A DNA stretch of 64,000 nucleotides from an uncultured archaeon (GTDB lineage Archaea > Halobacteriota > Archaeoglobi > Archaeoglobales > Archaeoglobaceae): the NCBI GenBank assembly GCA_964471215.1, contig CAYYFC010000001.1, positions 1,615-65,614 of the forward strand, written 5' to 3'. The notes below the pieces were generated by a model. That model was not told the origin of the DNA. It did not search any database and saw only the letters and a program-made list of their open reading frames with translations. Both the position numbers and the translations under genes were made by a program. Shown piece after piece: positions 39,091 through 49,309 of this stretch; position 1 is the stretch's first letter, and each line of letters opens with the position of its first letter.

Positions 39091-40575
39091 ATGTTGTTCG
39101 ACTTCATAATCACAGTTGATAGATCGATGATGACAAATCATCACGGTAAAGAATTCGTAGGTTTTCTTACAACTGCCCCTCCTGTAGTATTACCTGAAAG
39201 GATTTGGAACTGGATATGCATGCCCAAGATTAAGGTTGATGATCTGGGAAGACCTGCTCAGGCACCTTACGGGCTAAGAAAGATTGAGGCATCGTTAATC
39301 GAAGCGGGATTTAAAGCAGCTGTAATAGATCCCGATCACCTGTACAGATATGCAAAATCTGCCAAGGCTATAATGATAGGTCATCACGACTACTTCGCGC
39401 TGTGCCCACCCAGCAGCGGCTGGTGGGTCATAACGCAGAAGGAACCTGTAAATGCAAGAAGCTTTAGGAGGTTTATGGAGAGCAAAGCCATGAGAGTTGC
39501 GAGAGAGAGGGGTGTAAGGATAATAGTTGGAGGGCCGTCTGCATGGCAATGGCTATGGAAACCGGATTTACTGGATAAATGGAATATAACCACGGTGGTG
39601 GATGGAGAAGCCGACAAAGTAATTGTGGATATTGCTCAGAGGATAATGAATAACGAGGATTTGCCCAGGTACATATACATAGGTCCCAACGACTCGCCAG
39701 AGCTCGAGGAAATACCGATAATAAAGTATCCGTCGGTTAATGGGCTTGTAGAGATAATGAGAGGTTGTCCCAGAAGATGCAAGTTTTGCAGCGTTACGTT
39801 AAGAAAGATAAGGTATTATACGTTTGATATGATCGAAAAGGAAATAAAGGTTAACGTAAAAAACGGCGTAAAAGATGGAATAATCCATTCTGAGGATGTA
39901 CTGTTATACGGCGCCGACGGTGTTAAGCCGAGACCGGAGCCAATCATAAAACTTCATAAAATTGTCAAGAGCTATTACGATACAATTGCCTGGAGCCATG
40001 CAAGTTTATCGGCTATTAAATATGCCGAGGAGAAATACGGATTGATAAGGAAGGTAATGGAAATAGTAAATCAGGATTACATGGGTGTCGAGGTGGGAAT
40101 TGAGACAGGTAGTCCCAGACTTGCAAAGAAGATAATGCCGGCAAAATCAGCACCCTATAAGGCTGAGGATTGGCCCAGCATAGTCGAGGACTCCTTTGCG
40201 ATAATGCATGAAAATAATATAATCCCGGCAGCGACGCTAATAGTTGGATTGCCAGACGAGACAGAGGATGATATAATAAAGACTACGGAATTGATAGAGA
40301 GACTGAAGGATTATAGAAGCCTAATAATCCCGATGTACTTTGTTCCAATGGGTATTTTTAAAAATAGAGACTGGTATAAGGAGGCTGAGGTTAAAGGTGC
40401 TTATGCAGAGCTTGCAAGAGTATGTCTTAGACACAGCCTGTACTGGGCTGAAAAGTTATTAAAGGAATACATGAAAGGTAGCATTAAATATTTTCTACCA
40501 AAGGTTTTGATTAAGGCTGTTATAAAGGGTATAGAGTTGAAGACAAAGGATTTTTTGAGGGAAATAAGTTTATGA
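39091..40575 (+). CDS. Large radical SAM protein with a B12-binding-like N-terminal domain; possibly the tetraether-lipid synthase (Tes/GDGT-MAS) family
   Basis: It has the radical SAM motif CPRRCKFCSV and a strong SD GGAGGTGA 3 nt before the ATG at 39091. The N-terminus (TVDRSMMTNHHGKEFVGFLTTAPP...APYGLRKIEA) resembles what I remember of MJ0619-type GDGT synthases. The specific family call is unverified. Confidence 0.6.
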   Translation: MLFDFIITVDRSMMTNHHGKEFVGFLTTAPPVVLPERIWNWICMPKIKVDDLGRPAQAPYGLRKIEASLIEAGFKAAVIDPDHLYRYAKSAKAIMIGHHDYFALCPPSSGWWVITQKEPVNARSFRRFMESKAMRVARERGVRIIVGGPSAWQWLWKPDLLDKWNITTVVDGEADKVIVDIAQRIMNNEDLPRYIYIGPNDSPELEEIPIIKYPSVNGLVEIMRGCPRRCKFCSVTLRKIRYYTFDMIEKEIKVNVKNGVKDGIIHSEDVLLYGADGVKPRPEPIIKLHKIVKSYYDTIAWSHASLSAIKYAEEKYGLIRKVMEIVNQDYMGVEVGIETGSPRLAKKIMPAKSAPYKAEDWPSIVEDSFAIMHENNIIPAATLIVGLPDETEDDIIKTTELIERLKDYRSLIIPMYFVPMGIFKNRDWYKEAEVKGAYAELARVCLRHSLYWAEKLLKEYMKGSIKYFLPKVLIKAVIKGIELKTKDFLREISL

Positions 40576-40691
40576 AATGTTTCTAATTTTCAAGGAGTTA
40601 AATCTTCTTTTGATTCCTATAAAATCCAAATATCAATAGCTCAATAATATTCAGTTCCTACTTAATGGATTGTTAAGTGATTAGAAGACTC

Positions 40692-42083
40692 TTAGACTTT
40701 TTTTGCTATATTAGCCTTAATCCTTTTATATGCGATAACACATCCGGGATCCGCTTTCATGTAATCTCCATAATATGCATATGCCCTAGCTCTGCATCCC
40801 CCGCATACATATCTATACCTGCATTCACCGCATATCTCAATAGCATCTTTATTTCTCAGATCCTTTAAGATTTCATTGTTCTTCCAGAAATCCAAGAAGT
40901 CGTCTGCACTTTCAAAATCCTTTATATTTGCCAGCTTTAACTGGAAAAAGACGCATGGTTCTATATCGCCATTTGCCCTCATGGCAATATAGAATCTACC
41001 GCATCCGCAACCTCCTATAAACTCCGATAATGTTTTAAGCTTTCCTTCGAGATGAGGATTGTAGAAATGAGTTGGTATGATATTGCTTTCCTCCTGTAAA
41101 GCAATCCTGGCGTAGTAGGGTGCTGTTGACATGAAGTTTATACCGGTTCTCTTTAACCTATTCCAGAGCTCCCTTAGCAGCTCCTCTCTCTCCTCGGGGT
41201 CAAGATCTATTTCGAAACTGCCCCTTCCAACTGGTATAAAGTTATAGAGCATAAACCACTGCACTCCAAGCTCCTCGGCGAGATCCATGACCTTTAAAAC
41301 ATCATGATAGTTTATCTTTGTTGCAGTTGTCGATATGCAAGTAACTAGCCCCTCCTTAATGCAGTTCTTAATTCCTTCGATTACCTTTTCATAAATTCCC
41401 GGTATACCTCTGAATTCCTCATGAGTCTTTTTGGTACCATCCAGGCTTATTTGGACATAACCAATTCCCAGTTCCTTGAGCTTTCTAACGTTTTCAACTG
41501 TTAAAAGAGTTCCGTTTGTTGCAAGGGAGACATACATACCGTAATCACTTGCTGTTTTTGCCAAATCAAAGAAATCTCTTCTTAAAAGAGGTTCACCACC
41601 GCTGAAAGCTATTGACGTTACGCCAGCATCAGCTAGAATCTTCAGTGCCTTCATAGCTTCCTTTTCATTTAGTTCATCTTTCCATGGCTTTCCAGCAGTC
41701 GAATAGCAGTGCTTGCATCTCAAATTACATTTATAAGTGACATCCCATACGACAAGAAATGGTGCTCCTGGCACAAATGGTTTTTTTACACCAAATTCTG
41801 CCAGACCTCTTAAGACTGAAATAAAACCTCTTCTCCAATAACCGTCTTTTAACCTCTCCTTTAAATCCTTTTCATTACCGCCAAATGCCTTTAATCCCGC
41901 ATCTATCAGCTTTTTTATGGTTTTGAACTCCAAACTTTTCAATTCCTTATTGTTCGCATAAGCTATTAAGTACTTATCCAGTTTGACAACACCATCTTTA
42001 TCCCTTTTCAGGGCACGCCTAATCGCCCTTTTTGTTATCGGGTTATTTACAACAATGCTGAAGAATTCAATCATTCTATCCAT
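40692..42083 (-). CDS. Radical SAM / SPASM-domain protein (NirJ/AhbD/Cmo-like maturase)
   Basis: It has CNLRCKHCY (CxxxCxxC) and a C-terminal SPASM-type Cys cluster CGCGRF...CGECRYRYVCGGCRARAY. The ORF opens with GTG at 42107; the first ATG is at 42083. Confidence 0.75.
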   Translation of the reverse strand: MDRMIEFFSIVVNNPITKRAIRRALKRDKDGVVKLDKYLIAYANNKELKSLEFKTIKKLIDAGLKAFGGNEKDLKERLKDGYWRRGFISVLRGLAEFGVKKPFVPGAPFLVVWDVTYKCNLRCKHCYSTAGKPWKDELNEKEAMKALKILADAGVTSIAFSGGEPLLRRDFFDLAKTASDYGMYVSLATNGTLLTVENVRKLKELGIGYVQISLDGTKKTHEEFRGIPGIYEKVIEGIKNCIKEGLVTCISTTATKINYHDVLKVMDLAEELGVQWFMLYNFIPVGRGSFEIDLDPEEREELLRELWNRLKRTGINFMSTAPYYARIALQEESNIIPTHFYNPHLEGKLKTLSEFIGGCGCGRFYIAMRANGDIEPCVFFQLKLANIKDFESADDFLDFWKNNEILKDLRNKDAIEICGECRYRYVCGGCRARAYAYYGDYMKADPGCVIAYKRIKANIAKKV

Positions 42084-42555
42084 ATCATCACCAGCAGAAC
42101 GCTTCACACTTAAAATATTTTAAACTATCGGTTTTTATAGATTTAAAAATCAAACATCGATTTTGTCCATCTGAATTTTAAAGTCTCTATAAATTTCAGT
42201 CTCATTTGATTTCATCGTTATAACCTCAAACTTCAAAAGAAAACGAAAACTTTACAATATTTAAAAATGCATAACCACTCGCAGTTAAACTTTAACAACA
42301 ATTCATACCCTTTCGATTTTTTGAAATTTGTCGACATAATGTTACTGCAATCGATTTTGGAGCTGTAGTGAAATTACACGGTTGTATACGTGAGATCGAA
42401 CTGTTTATGAAAAACTTTACATGCACATGAGTAAAAACCGATAATACGAGTTTAATAGCTTTAAATATACATCATGAGCGATGAATGAAGATCTAATCTT
42501 AATATAACAAGGATACTTTTAAATTCAATCCAAAATAAAGGATTTATTCAAACTC

Positions 42556-43695
42556 TCAAGACCTTATGACCCTTCTCAATATCTCGATTGCGTAATCGAT
42601 TTCATCCTTACCTATTACGAGTGGCGGTACAAATCTCAGGTTATCGTTAGACGTTGCGTTCAGCACCAGACCCTTTTTCAATGCCTCAGAAACTATATTA
42701 AATGCATTCTCGAACCTCGCACCGATCATCAGACCCAAACCCCGTACATCATCACTTAATTCCCTTAATCTCTTTCTGAAGTATTCTCCCATTTTTTTCG
42801 AATTTTCAACCAATTTCTCCCTTTCGATTATTTCTATCGTGGCAAGCGATGCCGTACAGGCTAGCGGATTCCCACCGAAAGTCGAGGCATGCTCCGTTTT
42901 TGATAGCTTTTCGGACACCTCATCAGTTACACCTACACATCCGATCGGTATTCCCGATCCCATAGCCTTCGCCATTGTGATTATATCCGGTTTAAATCCG
43001 TAATGATCCTTTGCGAACCATTCCCCAGTTCTCCCAAATCCTGTCTGTATCTCGTCAAATATAACTAAAAATCCGTGTTCGCTTCTTTCATCAAATATTG
43101 CCTTCACAAATTCTTTTTCAGCTAGATAAACACCTGCTTCACCCTGGATGAGCTCTAATATTATGCATGCCGTTTCATCGTCAACCTTTTTTTCCAGATC
43201 TTCTATATTATTCAGTTCTACAAACTCGACAGGCTTTATAAGAGGCTCAAAAGGAGTTCTGAATTCTTTTTTCCACGTTACGGATAAAGAACCCATTGTT
43301 CTTCCATGAAATCCATTTTTTAGTGCAACAAATTTTTTCCTTCCCGTAAACTTCCTCGATATTTTCAAAGCGCACTCAACTGCTTCAGTTCCGCTGTTAC
43401 AGAAGAAGAACTTATCCAATCCCGTTATCTCGCTCAGCTTCTCCGCCAGTTTTATCTGTGGTATTGTGTAAAATAGATTTGAGACGTGAACGAGTTTCTG
43501 AAGCTGTTCACAAACCCTTTTTATAAAATAGGGGTGTGAGTGGCCTATTGAAACTGTCGCTATCCCGGCAATCATGTCCAAATACTTCTTTCCATTTTCA
43601 TCGTAAAGCCAGCAACCTTCTCCTCTCACGAACAGGACTTCCTGTCTCCTATAAAACTGTATTATATATTTTTTTTCGAGTTCAAACCACTTCAT
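42556..43695 (-). CDS. argD: Acetylornithine/LysW-type class III aminotransferase
   Basis: It has GIATVSIGHSHP, NSGTEAVE, DEIQTGFGRTG and TFGGNPLA. The start is set at the internal Met (MKWFELEKKY); the ORF extends to 43755. Confidence 0.88.
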   Translation of the reverse strand: MKWFELEKKYIIQFYRRQEVLFVRGEGCWLYDENGKKYLDMIAGIATVSIGHSHPYFIKRVCEQLQKLVHVSNLFYTIPQIKLAEKLSEITGLDKFFFCNSGTEAVECALKISRKFTGRKKFVALKNGFHGRTMGSLSVTWKKEFRTPFEPLIKPVEFVELNNIEDLEKKVDDETACIILELIQGEAGVYLAEKEFVKAIFDERSEHGFLVIFDEIQTGFGRTGEWFAKDHYGFKPDIITMAKAMGSGIPIGCVGVTDEVSEKLSKTEHASTFGGNPLACTASLATIEIIEREKLVENSKKMGEYFRKRLRELSDDVRGLGLMIGARFENAFNIVSEALKKGLVLNATSNDNLRFVPPLVIGKDEIDYAIEILRRVIRS

Positions 43696-43785
43696 AAGTC
43701 GAGTTAAATTGTATACTTTAAAAAATCTATTATAACACGGGCTAAAAAACTCCATTACACGATCTGTTTCTCTGAGCGGAAAAAG

Positions 43786-44493
43786 TCATTCGAACAGATT
43801 CATTCGAATCTCCTTAAACTCTCTATAGAACTTTACTATATCCTTCCCCTCCACAAACGGTATATCCTTTTCCTCAGCATACTTCATGGCATTTGACTTC
43901 GACAGAGCTCTTCCAGTTTTATCATCGAGCATTTCGCATATGGCAACTGCTGGTGCAATTCCTGCCATTTCTGCCAGTGCAACACTCAGTTCGGTCTGAC
44001 CAACCCTTTCGTATATGAGATTGTCCGACGCCCTAAGTATAGCCACATGTCCAGGGCTTCTAAATTCCTTTCCAAGATCAAACTCCACATTTCTTGTCAT
44101 AACGTAGTCGACAATTTCTCCCAATCTCCTTATCGTTAAAGCCCTGTCGTTATCAGTTATACCCGTAAACGTATCCCTATGATTGACCCATATCGAAAAA
44201 GAGCTCCTTAAGTCATACTTTATATCGAAATCAGATATACTCTTTAATTCAGGCAATTTTTCGCTCGCAATTCTCAGTATATCGTGCATGAATGGAAGTT
44301 TCAGCCTTCTCGCAGCGGTTGGATGAATCGAGACGCATATCAATCCTCCGCCATCGATTCTCATCATAGCTATATCCTTAGGTTTAATTGTTATGGCAGG
44401 AATTGCTATATCGGTCTCACCTTCTCTATCATCAAAGTCGTATATCAGTACGGGTTTTCCCTTTCTGAATCTCTTCAAAGCCTCTTCGATCAC
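43786..44493 (-). CDS. ribB: 3,4-dihydroxy-2-butanone 4-phosphate synthase
   Basis: 235 aa with DREGETDIAIPA, GGLICV and RSPGHVAILRA, all RibB motifs. Confidence 0.88.
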   Translation of the reverse strand: MIEEALKRFRKGKPVLIYDFDDREGETDIAIPAITIKPKDIAMMRIDGGGLICVSIHPTAARRLKLPFMHDILRIASEKLPELKSISDFDIKYDLRSSFSIWVNHRDTFTGITDNDRALTIRRLGEIVDYVMTRNVEFDLGKEFRSPGHVAILRASDNLIYERVGQTELSVALAEMAGIAPAVAICEMLDDKTGRALSKSNAMKYAEEKDIPFVEGKDIVKFYREFKEIRMNLFE

Positions 44494-45146
44494 AGTATCA
44501 CCTCCACCTCGACATAGTCACCATCCTTTAACCCCAAGGCATCTCTGAGCTTTACAGGTGCTATGACCTCCAAAACATCTTTAGGATAGTGTGTTCTCTT
44601 TGGTAAAACAACAGCACCTTTTATTCCATGAATTCTACATTTAAATGCCTTTACATCTCCAAATGTTCTGTGAGGTGTCTTAAATCCGTTTATCATTATA
44701 CCCTCCTCCTCATCAAGTCTCCTCCTAAAAAACATCTGCTCTCTAGGTATTTTTAGATTGAGAGTCCCAGGATATGGTTCGAACCCGAGTTTTTCGATGA
44801 ACTGTTTTTTATACCCGTTAAGGGACACGTAATACCTTCCCTCCCCAATCCCGCTAAAGACCCTCCCTCTTATAATTATCGACTCCTCTCCCTCGAATAT
44901 CTTCCTGTAATCGAGGTACTCCCTGTACAGTATCTCCTTACCCCTTTCGGTTATAACTATGAACTGTCCATCCTTTGTAAGTGTCCTTTCAATTAATCCC
45001 CTTTCCTCAAGTTCCTTAAGCTTTCTAGCTGCAGTCTGAACGCTCTGATTTATTTTATCCGCAAGCTCTCTTGAACTTATCTTTAAAACCTTTTTTGTTG
45101 CATTCATCAAAGCTAAAACTTTCAGGACCTCTAGCATCTCAATCAT
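44490..45146 (-). CDS. ribK: Winged-HTH regulator fused to a CTP-dependent riboflavin kinase (RbkR-type)
   Basis: 218 aa. The N-terminal wHTH (ELADKINQSVQTAARKLKELEERGLIER) is joined to a C-terminal archaeal riboflavin kinase domain (GRVFSGIGEGRYYV, YPGTLN, HYP). It overlaps ribB by 4 nt. Confidence 0.8.
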   Translation of the reverse strand: MIEMLEVLKVLALMNATKKVLKISSRELADKINQSVQTAARKLKELEERGLIERTLTKDGQFIVITERGKEILYREYLDYRKIFEGEESIIIRGRVFSGIGEGRYYVSLNGYKKQFIEKLGFEPYPGTLNLKIPREQMFFRRRLDEEEGIMINGFKTPHRTFGDVKAFKCRIHGIKGAVVLPKRTHYPKDVLEVIAPVKLRDALGLKDGDYVEVEVIL

Positions 45147-45241
45147 GAGATGTTTCTCATAAATGGTATAAATTGTTTTCCATTACACATCGGAGGAATC
45201 TGACAAAAGTGTGTTATACTGAGGTTACCCTCTTTAGGTTG

Positions 45242-46108
45242 ATGAAGATAAAACCTATCGCATTTGATTCGTTCGGCGCTAGAAGCATGTGCACGTCGAT
45301 TGAAACCAGGGAATTGAAGATAATCATAGATCCAAGTGTGGCCCTAGGACCTAAGAGATACGGATTACCGCCTCATGAAATTGAAATAAGAAGGAAAGAA
45401 GAGCTATGGTTGGATATTAAGAAAGAGGTGCTTGATTCCGATGTAGTAATCATAACGCACTACCACTACGATCACCACAATCCCAGAGAACCGGAAATAC
45501 TTCAGAAAAAGGTTTTACTATTAAAACATCCGGAAAATGCTATAAATAAAAGTCAGATGACGAGATCGAAGTTCTTTTTGGGTTTATTAAATCAGTTGAA
45601 GTATAAACCGAAAATAGATTTTGCAGATTCGAAGGAATTCGAATTTGGAAATTTAAGGATATCATTTTCGGAACCGGTACCTCATGGATGCGATACAAGA
45701 CTTGGATACGTCTTAGAAGTCCTAATAGAAGAAAAGGATAGATTTCTGTTTACATCTGATGTAGAGGGTATTACGGATGATAGTCAGCTTCAATTCGTAT
45801 TGAAATCAGATCCAGATGTGATATTCATGGACGGTCCCATGACGTACATGCCGCATATATTCAATAAAAAGCTTTTAAATAAATCCATTGAAAATATACT
45901 GAAAGTATTTGAAAAAACAGGTGTTAAAACTATAGTTCTTGACCATCATCTGACAAGAGACCTAAAATGGAGGGATAAAATTCGTAAACTCTTTGATAAA
46001 GCAGAAGAGTTTAATATTGAACTTAAATCTGCATCAGAGTTCTTTGGAATTAAAGAACAGCTTCTTGAAGCTAGAAGGAAGGAGCTTTATTCTAAATCAA
46101 AGCTATGA
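45242..46108 (+). CDS. Metallo-beta-lactamase-fold hydrolase (UPF0282-like)
   Basis: It has ITHYHYDHH (HxHxDH) and downstream His/Asp motifs. The start is set at the internal Met (MKIKPIAFDS). Confidence 0.7.
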   Translation: MKIKPIAFDSFGARSMCTSIETRELKIIIDPSVALGPKRYGLPPHEIEIRRKEELWLDIKKEVLDSDVVIITHYHYDHHNPREPEILQKKVLLLKHPENAINKSQMTRSKFFLGLLNQLKYKPKIDFADSKEFEFGNLRISFSEPVPHGCDTRLGYVLEVLIEEKDRFLFTSDVEGITDDSQLQFVLKSDPDVIFMDGPMTYMPHIFNKKLLNKSIENILKVFEKTGVKTIVLDHHLTRDLKWRDKIRKLFDKAEEFNIELKSASEFFGIKEQLLEARRKELYSKSKL

Positions 46109-46706
46109 GCTCTTTTAATATATTTTTATCAAATCTTATGAAATTTTTCAGAATCTTTGCTATACCTCTGTAAAATTTTGCTTCCGGATGCTTCTCGATT
46201 TTTTCGCAGAACTTGAATACCCAGCCTTCTATTTCATTAAGCATCTCGTTCTGCTTTATCAGTTCATCCTTGTTACCGTTCAAAAACTCTCTGCAGCTCT
46301 CAGCCATAAATGCTAGCTCAACACCTATATGATCGGCAGGTTCGTTGTAATCATATTTATATCCAAATTTCTTATATTTTTCTTTTATTCTAAGGGTGAC
46401 GGGTCCATACGGGTTCTCCCCCTCATAAGTAGATTGATAGGGTGATACGTAATCGGAAAAAGGTCCTATGAATACAGCCGTGTATTCCTGCCTTATGGCT
46501 CTTTCGATTTCTTCGACATCGGAGAAATTAGCTGCAAATTCTCTTATGATTTCCACACCCTCCTTTATCTCCCCAATCTCTGGAAACCCAACCTTACCCT
46601 TCATCAAGTCCTCAAGGAAATCCCTTGACGGTATATTTAGGAGAACCGATGAAAGAAAGCAGTACATACCCATTCTACCCTTCACTATCTCCTCCAGCAT
46701 GCTCAA
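46092..46706 (-). CDS. TorD/DmsD-family redox-enzyme maturation chaperone
   Basis: 204 aa with YTAVFIGP, PYQSTY and ADHIGVELAFMA, the typical TorD-family motifs. Confidence 0.75.
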   Translation of the reverse strand: MSMLEEIVKGRMGMYCFLSSVLLNIPSRDFLEDLMKGKVGFPEIGEIKEGVEIIREFAANFSDVEEIERAIRQEYTAVFIGPFSDYVSPYQSTYEGENPYGPVTLRIKEKYKKFGYKYDYNEPADHIGVELAFMAESCREFLNGNKDELIKQNEMLNEIEGWVFKFCEKIEKHPEAKFYRGIAKILKNFIRFDKNILKELIALI

Positions 46707-48396
46707 TCCTCCTCTTTTTAATTTCCTCTAACTCCTTTACTATCTCTTCGTACAGACCCTCCAACAAAACTACAGGTCTACATTCCGTACAGAACAAAAG
46801 TGCTTTTTCCATACCAGTTATCTTCTTCAACTTTTCATACGCCTTTCTCGATATGTGTTCCTTACCGCATCTGGGACATCTTACCATTTCATCCTGAAAA
46901 ACGACAGTTTCTTTAAGGCCGTTGAAATCGAGCATCTTCTTCAGTTCTATCGCCTTTTCCGGACAGACTTGGACGCAGAGCTCACATGCTATGCACAGGG
47001 CATGCGTGAAGACAAGTCTGTTTTTTTCAACTGTTATCGCATTTGACGGGCAAAAGTTTCTGCATGTGTTGCAAAGCGTACAGTTCTGATTTATACTTAT
47101 TTTTCCAAAGTATTTCGTCTCAAATACGGGATTCTTAACGGGATAATTCATGAGGATTTCAACGATTTCAAGCCACTGTAATCTCTTATTTTCTCCGCTT
47201 ATCCTTCCTATTTTTACATCTGGTAACTTTTCTTTCCTCAACTTTTTCACAGTTTCCTTAAGATTTGTCCAGTCGGACATCTCCAGTCCGCCAAACCCAA
47301 AGGCTTTTAATGTCATTTTTGCAATCTCAAAACAATCCGTTCTCAACTTTTCACAGTCACATGGTATTACTACTACTCTGAATCCCTTTAGAATAGCATA
47401 TAAATAATGAACTTCCGATATAGAATTTATACAAGGAACTATTATCGGTGCAACTGTCGGCAAGTCTTTTAAATCATTTAATCTGCCGAGAGCACTTTTA
47501 CATACAAACGCTAAAGCATCATATTCTTCTGATAGGCTGGCAATGGAGTCTATCTTTTTCATTAATTTATCGTAAGGAATTAACTTATTTTTAATAGCTG
47601 AGATTGGACAAATTGCAGAGCAGAATCCGCATCCCTCACAGCTTTCCAAACTAATTTCTATCTTTTCTAATTCTTTATTTATCGATATTGAATCTGTTGG
47701 ACAGTTAAGACAGTGATTGCATCCCAGAAATCCACTTTTCATTACACCGCATATATCTGGATCTACTTCAACCGTTTTCAACTTTAGATAACTTTTAAGA
47801 TTTGCGAGAACCTTGAATGCCCCTCTGTATTCATCCTTGTAAATTCCCTCGCATTCTCCATCCCAGTTTGGGTGTATTATCTGACCTGCCTCCAAAAAGT
47901 CAACTCTTTTTCCTGTTACTAGATCCTTTCCATCGATAAAGACCTTGAAGTTCCCTATTTTACCCTTAATATCCTTAACACGACCTTTTACAACTCTAAT
48001 CTCATAAGGATAAAGCTTCTCCAAGGTCTCCCTTTTTTGCGTTACAACTGTCAGATCGCAGTTTATCGACAGGTCGTAAATTATCTCGAGGTTGTCCCCG
48101 ACATAAACAACACTTTCCCCCGTTCTTATAACCTCTATTTCCCTATTGGATCTTATCCTCTCAGAGGCTATTATTGCCCTTGCAACCTTCTCCGGTTTTT
48201 TAAATGCCTTCAAAACCCTCAGGTCCAGTACTTCGCAGTTTTCATATCTCGTACTGTGATATATCGCAGGACACGTAAACACGACGAATTCATCTTTTAA
48301 ATCAATTTTCTCCTCACAATCTTCTATCAACACGACATCTTGTTCTCTGGCAAGATCTTCTACCTTAAATCCGATTTTCTTGCAAAGAACTATCAT
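46675..48396 (-). CDS. Multi-cluster iron-sulfur protein (several 4Fe-4S ferredoxin motifs plus an MvhD/FlpD-like Cys-rich segment)
   Basis: 573 aa. It has CEGCGFCSAICP, CTLCNTCRNFCP, CIACELCVQVCP, and a C-terminal zinc-ribbon-like CPRCG...CTEC. No flavin or molybdopterin-binding motif is visible. Confidence 0.7.
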   Translation of the reverse strand: MIVLCKKIGFKVEDLAREQDVVLIEDCEEKIDLKDEFVVFTCPAIYHSTRYENCEVLDLRVLKAFKKPEKVARAIIASERIRSNREIEVIRTGESVVYVGDNLEIIYDLSINCDLTVVTQKRETLEKLYPYEIRVVKGRVKDIKGKIGNFKVFIDGKDLVTGKRVDFLEAGQIIHPNWDGECEGIYKDEYRGAFKVLANLKSYLKLKTVEVDPDICGVMKSGFLGCNHCLNCPTDSISINKELEKIEISLESCEGCGFCSAICPISAIKNKLIPYDKLMKKIDSIASLSEEYDALAFVCKSALGRLNDLKDLPTVAPIIVPCINSISEVHYLYAILKGFRVVVIPCDCEKLRTDCFEIAKMTLKAFGFGGLEMSDWTNLKETVKKLRKEKLPDVKIGRISGENKRLQWLEIVEILMNYPVKNPVFETKYFGKISINQNCTLCNTCRNFCPSNAITVEKNRLVFTHALCIACELCVQVCPEKAIELKKMLDFNGLKETVVFQDEMVRCPRCGKEHISRKAYEKLKKITGMEKALLFCTECRPVVLLEGLYEEIVKELEEIKKRRIEHAGGDSEG

Positions 48397-48430
48397 AACA
48401 AACCGACAGTACTCAGTTAAATATTACTTT

Positions 48431-49309
48431 CTATTTTACGTACGGTTCCCTTAGCTCAACTGCCTTTTTTATGGCACTTATCAACTCATCACCATCCAGA
48501 CCCCTCACATCAACTAAGTTATCGTTTCTAAGCAAGCATGGCTTTATTTTTCCATCAGACGTTACCCTTATTCTAGTACAATGCATACAGAACTCCTTAT
48601 GGAATGGTCGTACAAACTCGACGGCTTTGTCTTTAAATATGTACTGTTTTCTGGCATGCAGACCCCTTATTATAATCCTTTCAGCTATGTTTCTGTATTT
48701 CTGCTCGATATTTGAAAGGCTGTAGTAGTATTCGGGCATGTTTAAAACTTCTATTAGCTGTAAGATCACGTCTATCCCTTTCTTATTGAATTTGGATGTA
48801 AATTCAAGGAGGTCGTCAATTTCATCATCGTTTATACCTCTCAAAATTACCATGTTTACCTTTATAGGTGTCAATCCTGCATCGAATGCAGAATGTATTC
48901 CGTCTATTACCCTATCTATCAAATTCCTTCCGGTTATCGACTTGTATCTATCTGATCTCAATGTATCCAGACTAACGTTTATCCTATGCAGTCCGGCCTC
49001 CTTTAAATCGTATGCCTTCTTAGATAAGAGAGTTCCATTTGTTACAAGAGATATGTCGTTAAAAGGAGGCATAACTGATATTATATCGGCTATATCCCTT
49101 CTTATAAGCGGTTCCCCTCCGGTTATCTTTACCTTTTTTACACCAAGCTGATAAAAAGCGTAACAGATCCTTTCTATCTCTTCAACACTCATGTCATCGG
49201 ATATACCAGTTTCACCCTCTCTGTGGCAGTAAATACATTTTAAATTGCATTTACTTGTTACAGATATCCTCAGATGTTTTATAACCCTTCCATATCTATC
49301 GATAAGCAT
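48431..49309 (-). CDS. moaA: GTP 3',8-cyclase MoaA (radical SAM)
   Basis: 292 aa with LRISVTSKCNLKCIYCH, KITGGEPL and a C-terminal Cys motif CMHCTRIRVTSDGK. Confidence 0.9.
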   Translation of the reverse strand: MLIDRYGRVIKHLRISVTSKCNLKCIYCHREGETGISDDMSVEEIERICYAFYQLGVKKVKITGGEPLIRRDIADIISVMPPFNDISLVTNGTLLSKKAYDLKEAGLHRINVSLDTLRSDRYKSITGRNLIDRVIDGIHSAFDAGLTPIKVNMVILRGINDDEIDDLLEFTSKFNKKGIDVILQLIEVLNMPEYYYSLSNIEQKYRNIAERIIIRGLHARKQYIFKDKAVEFVRPFHKEFCMHCTRIRVTSDGKIKPCLLRNDNLVDVRGLDGDELISAIKKAVELREPYVK

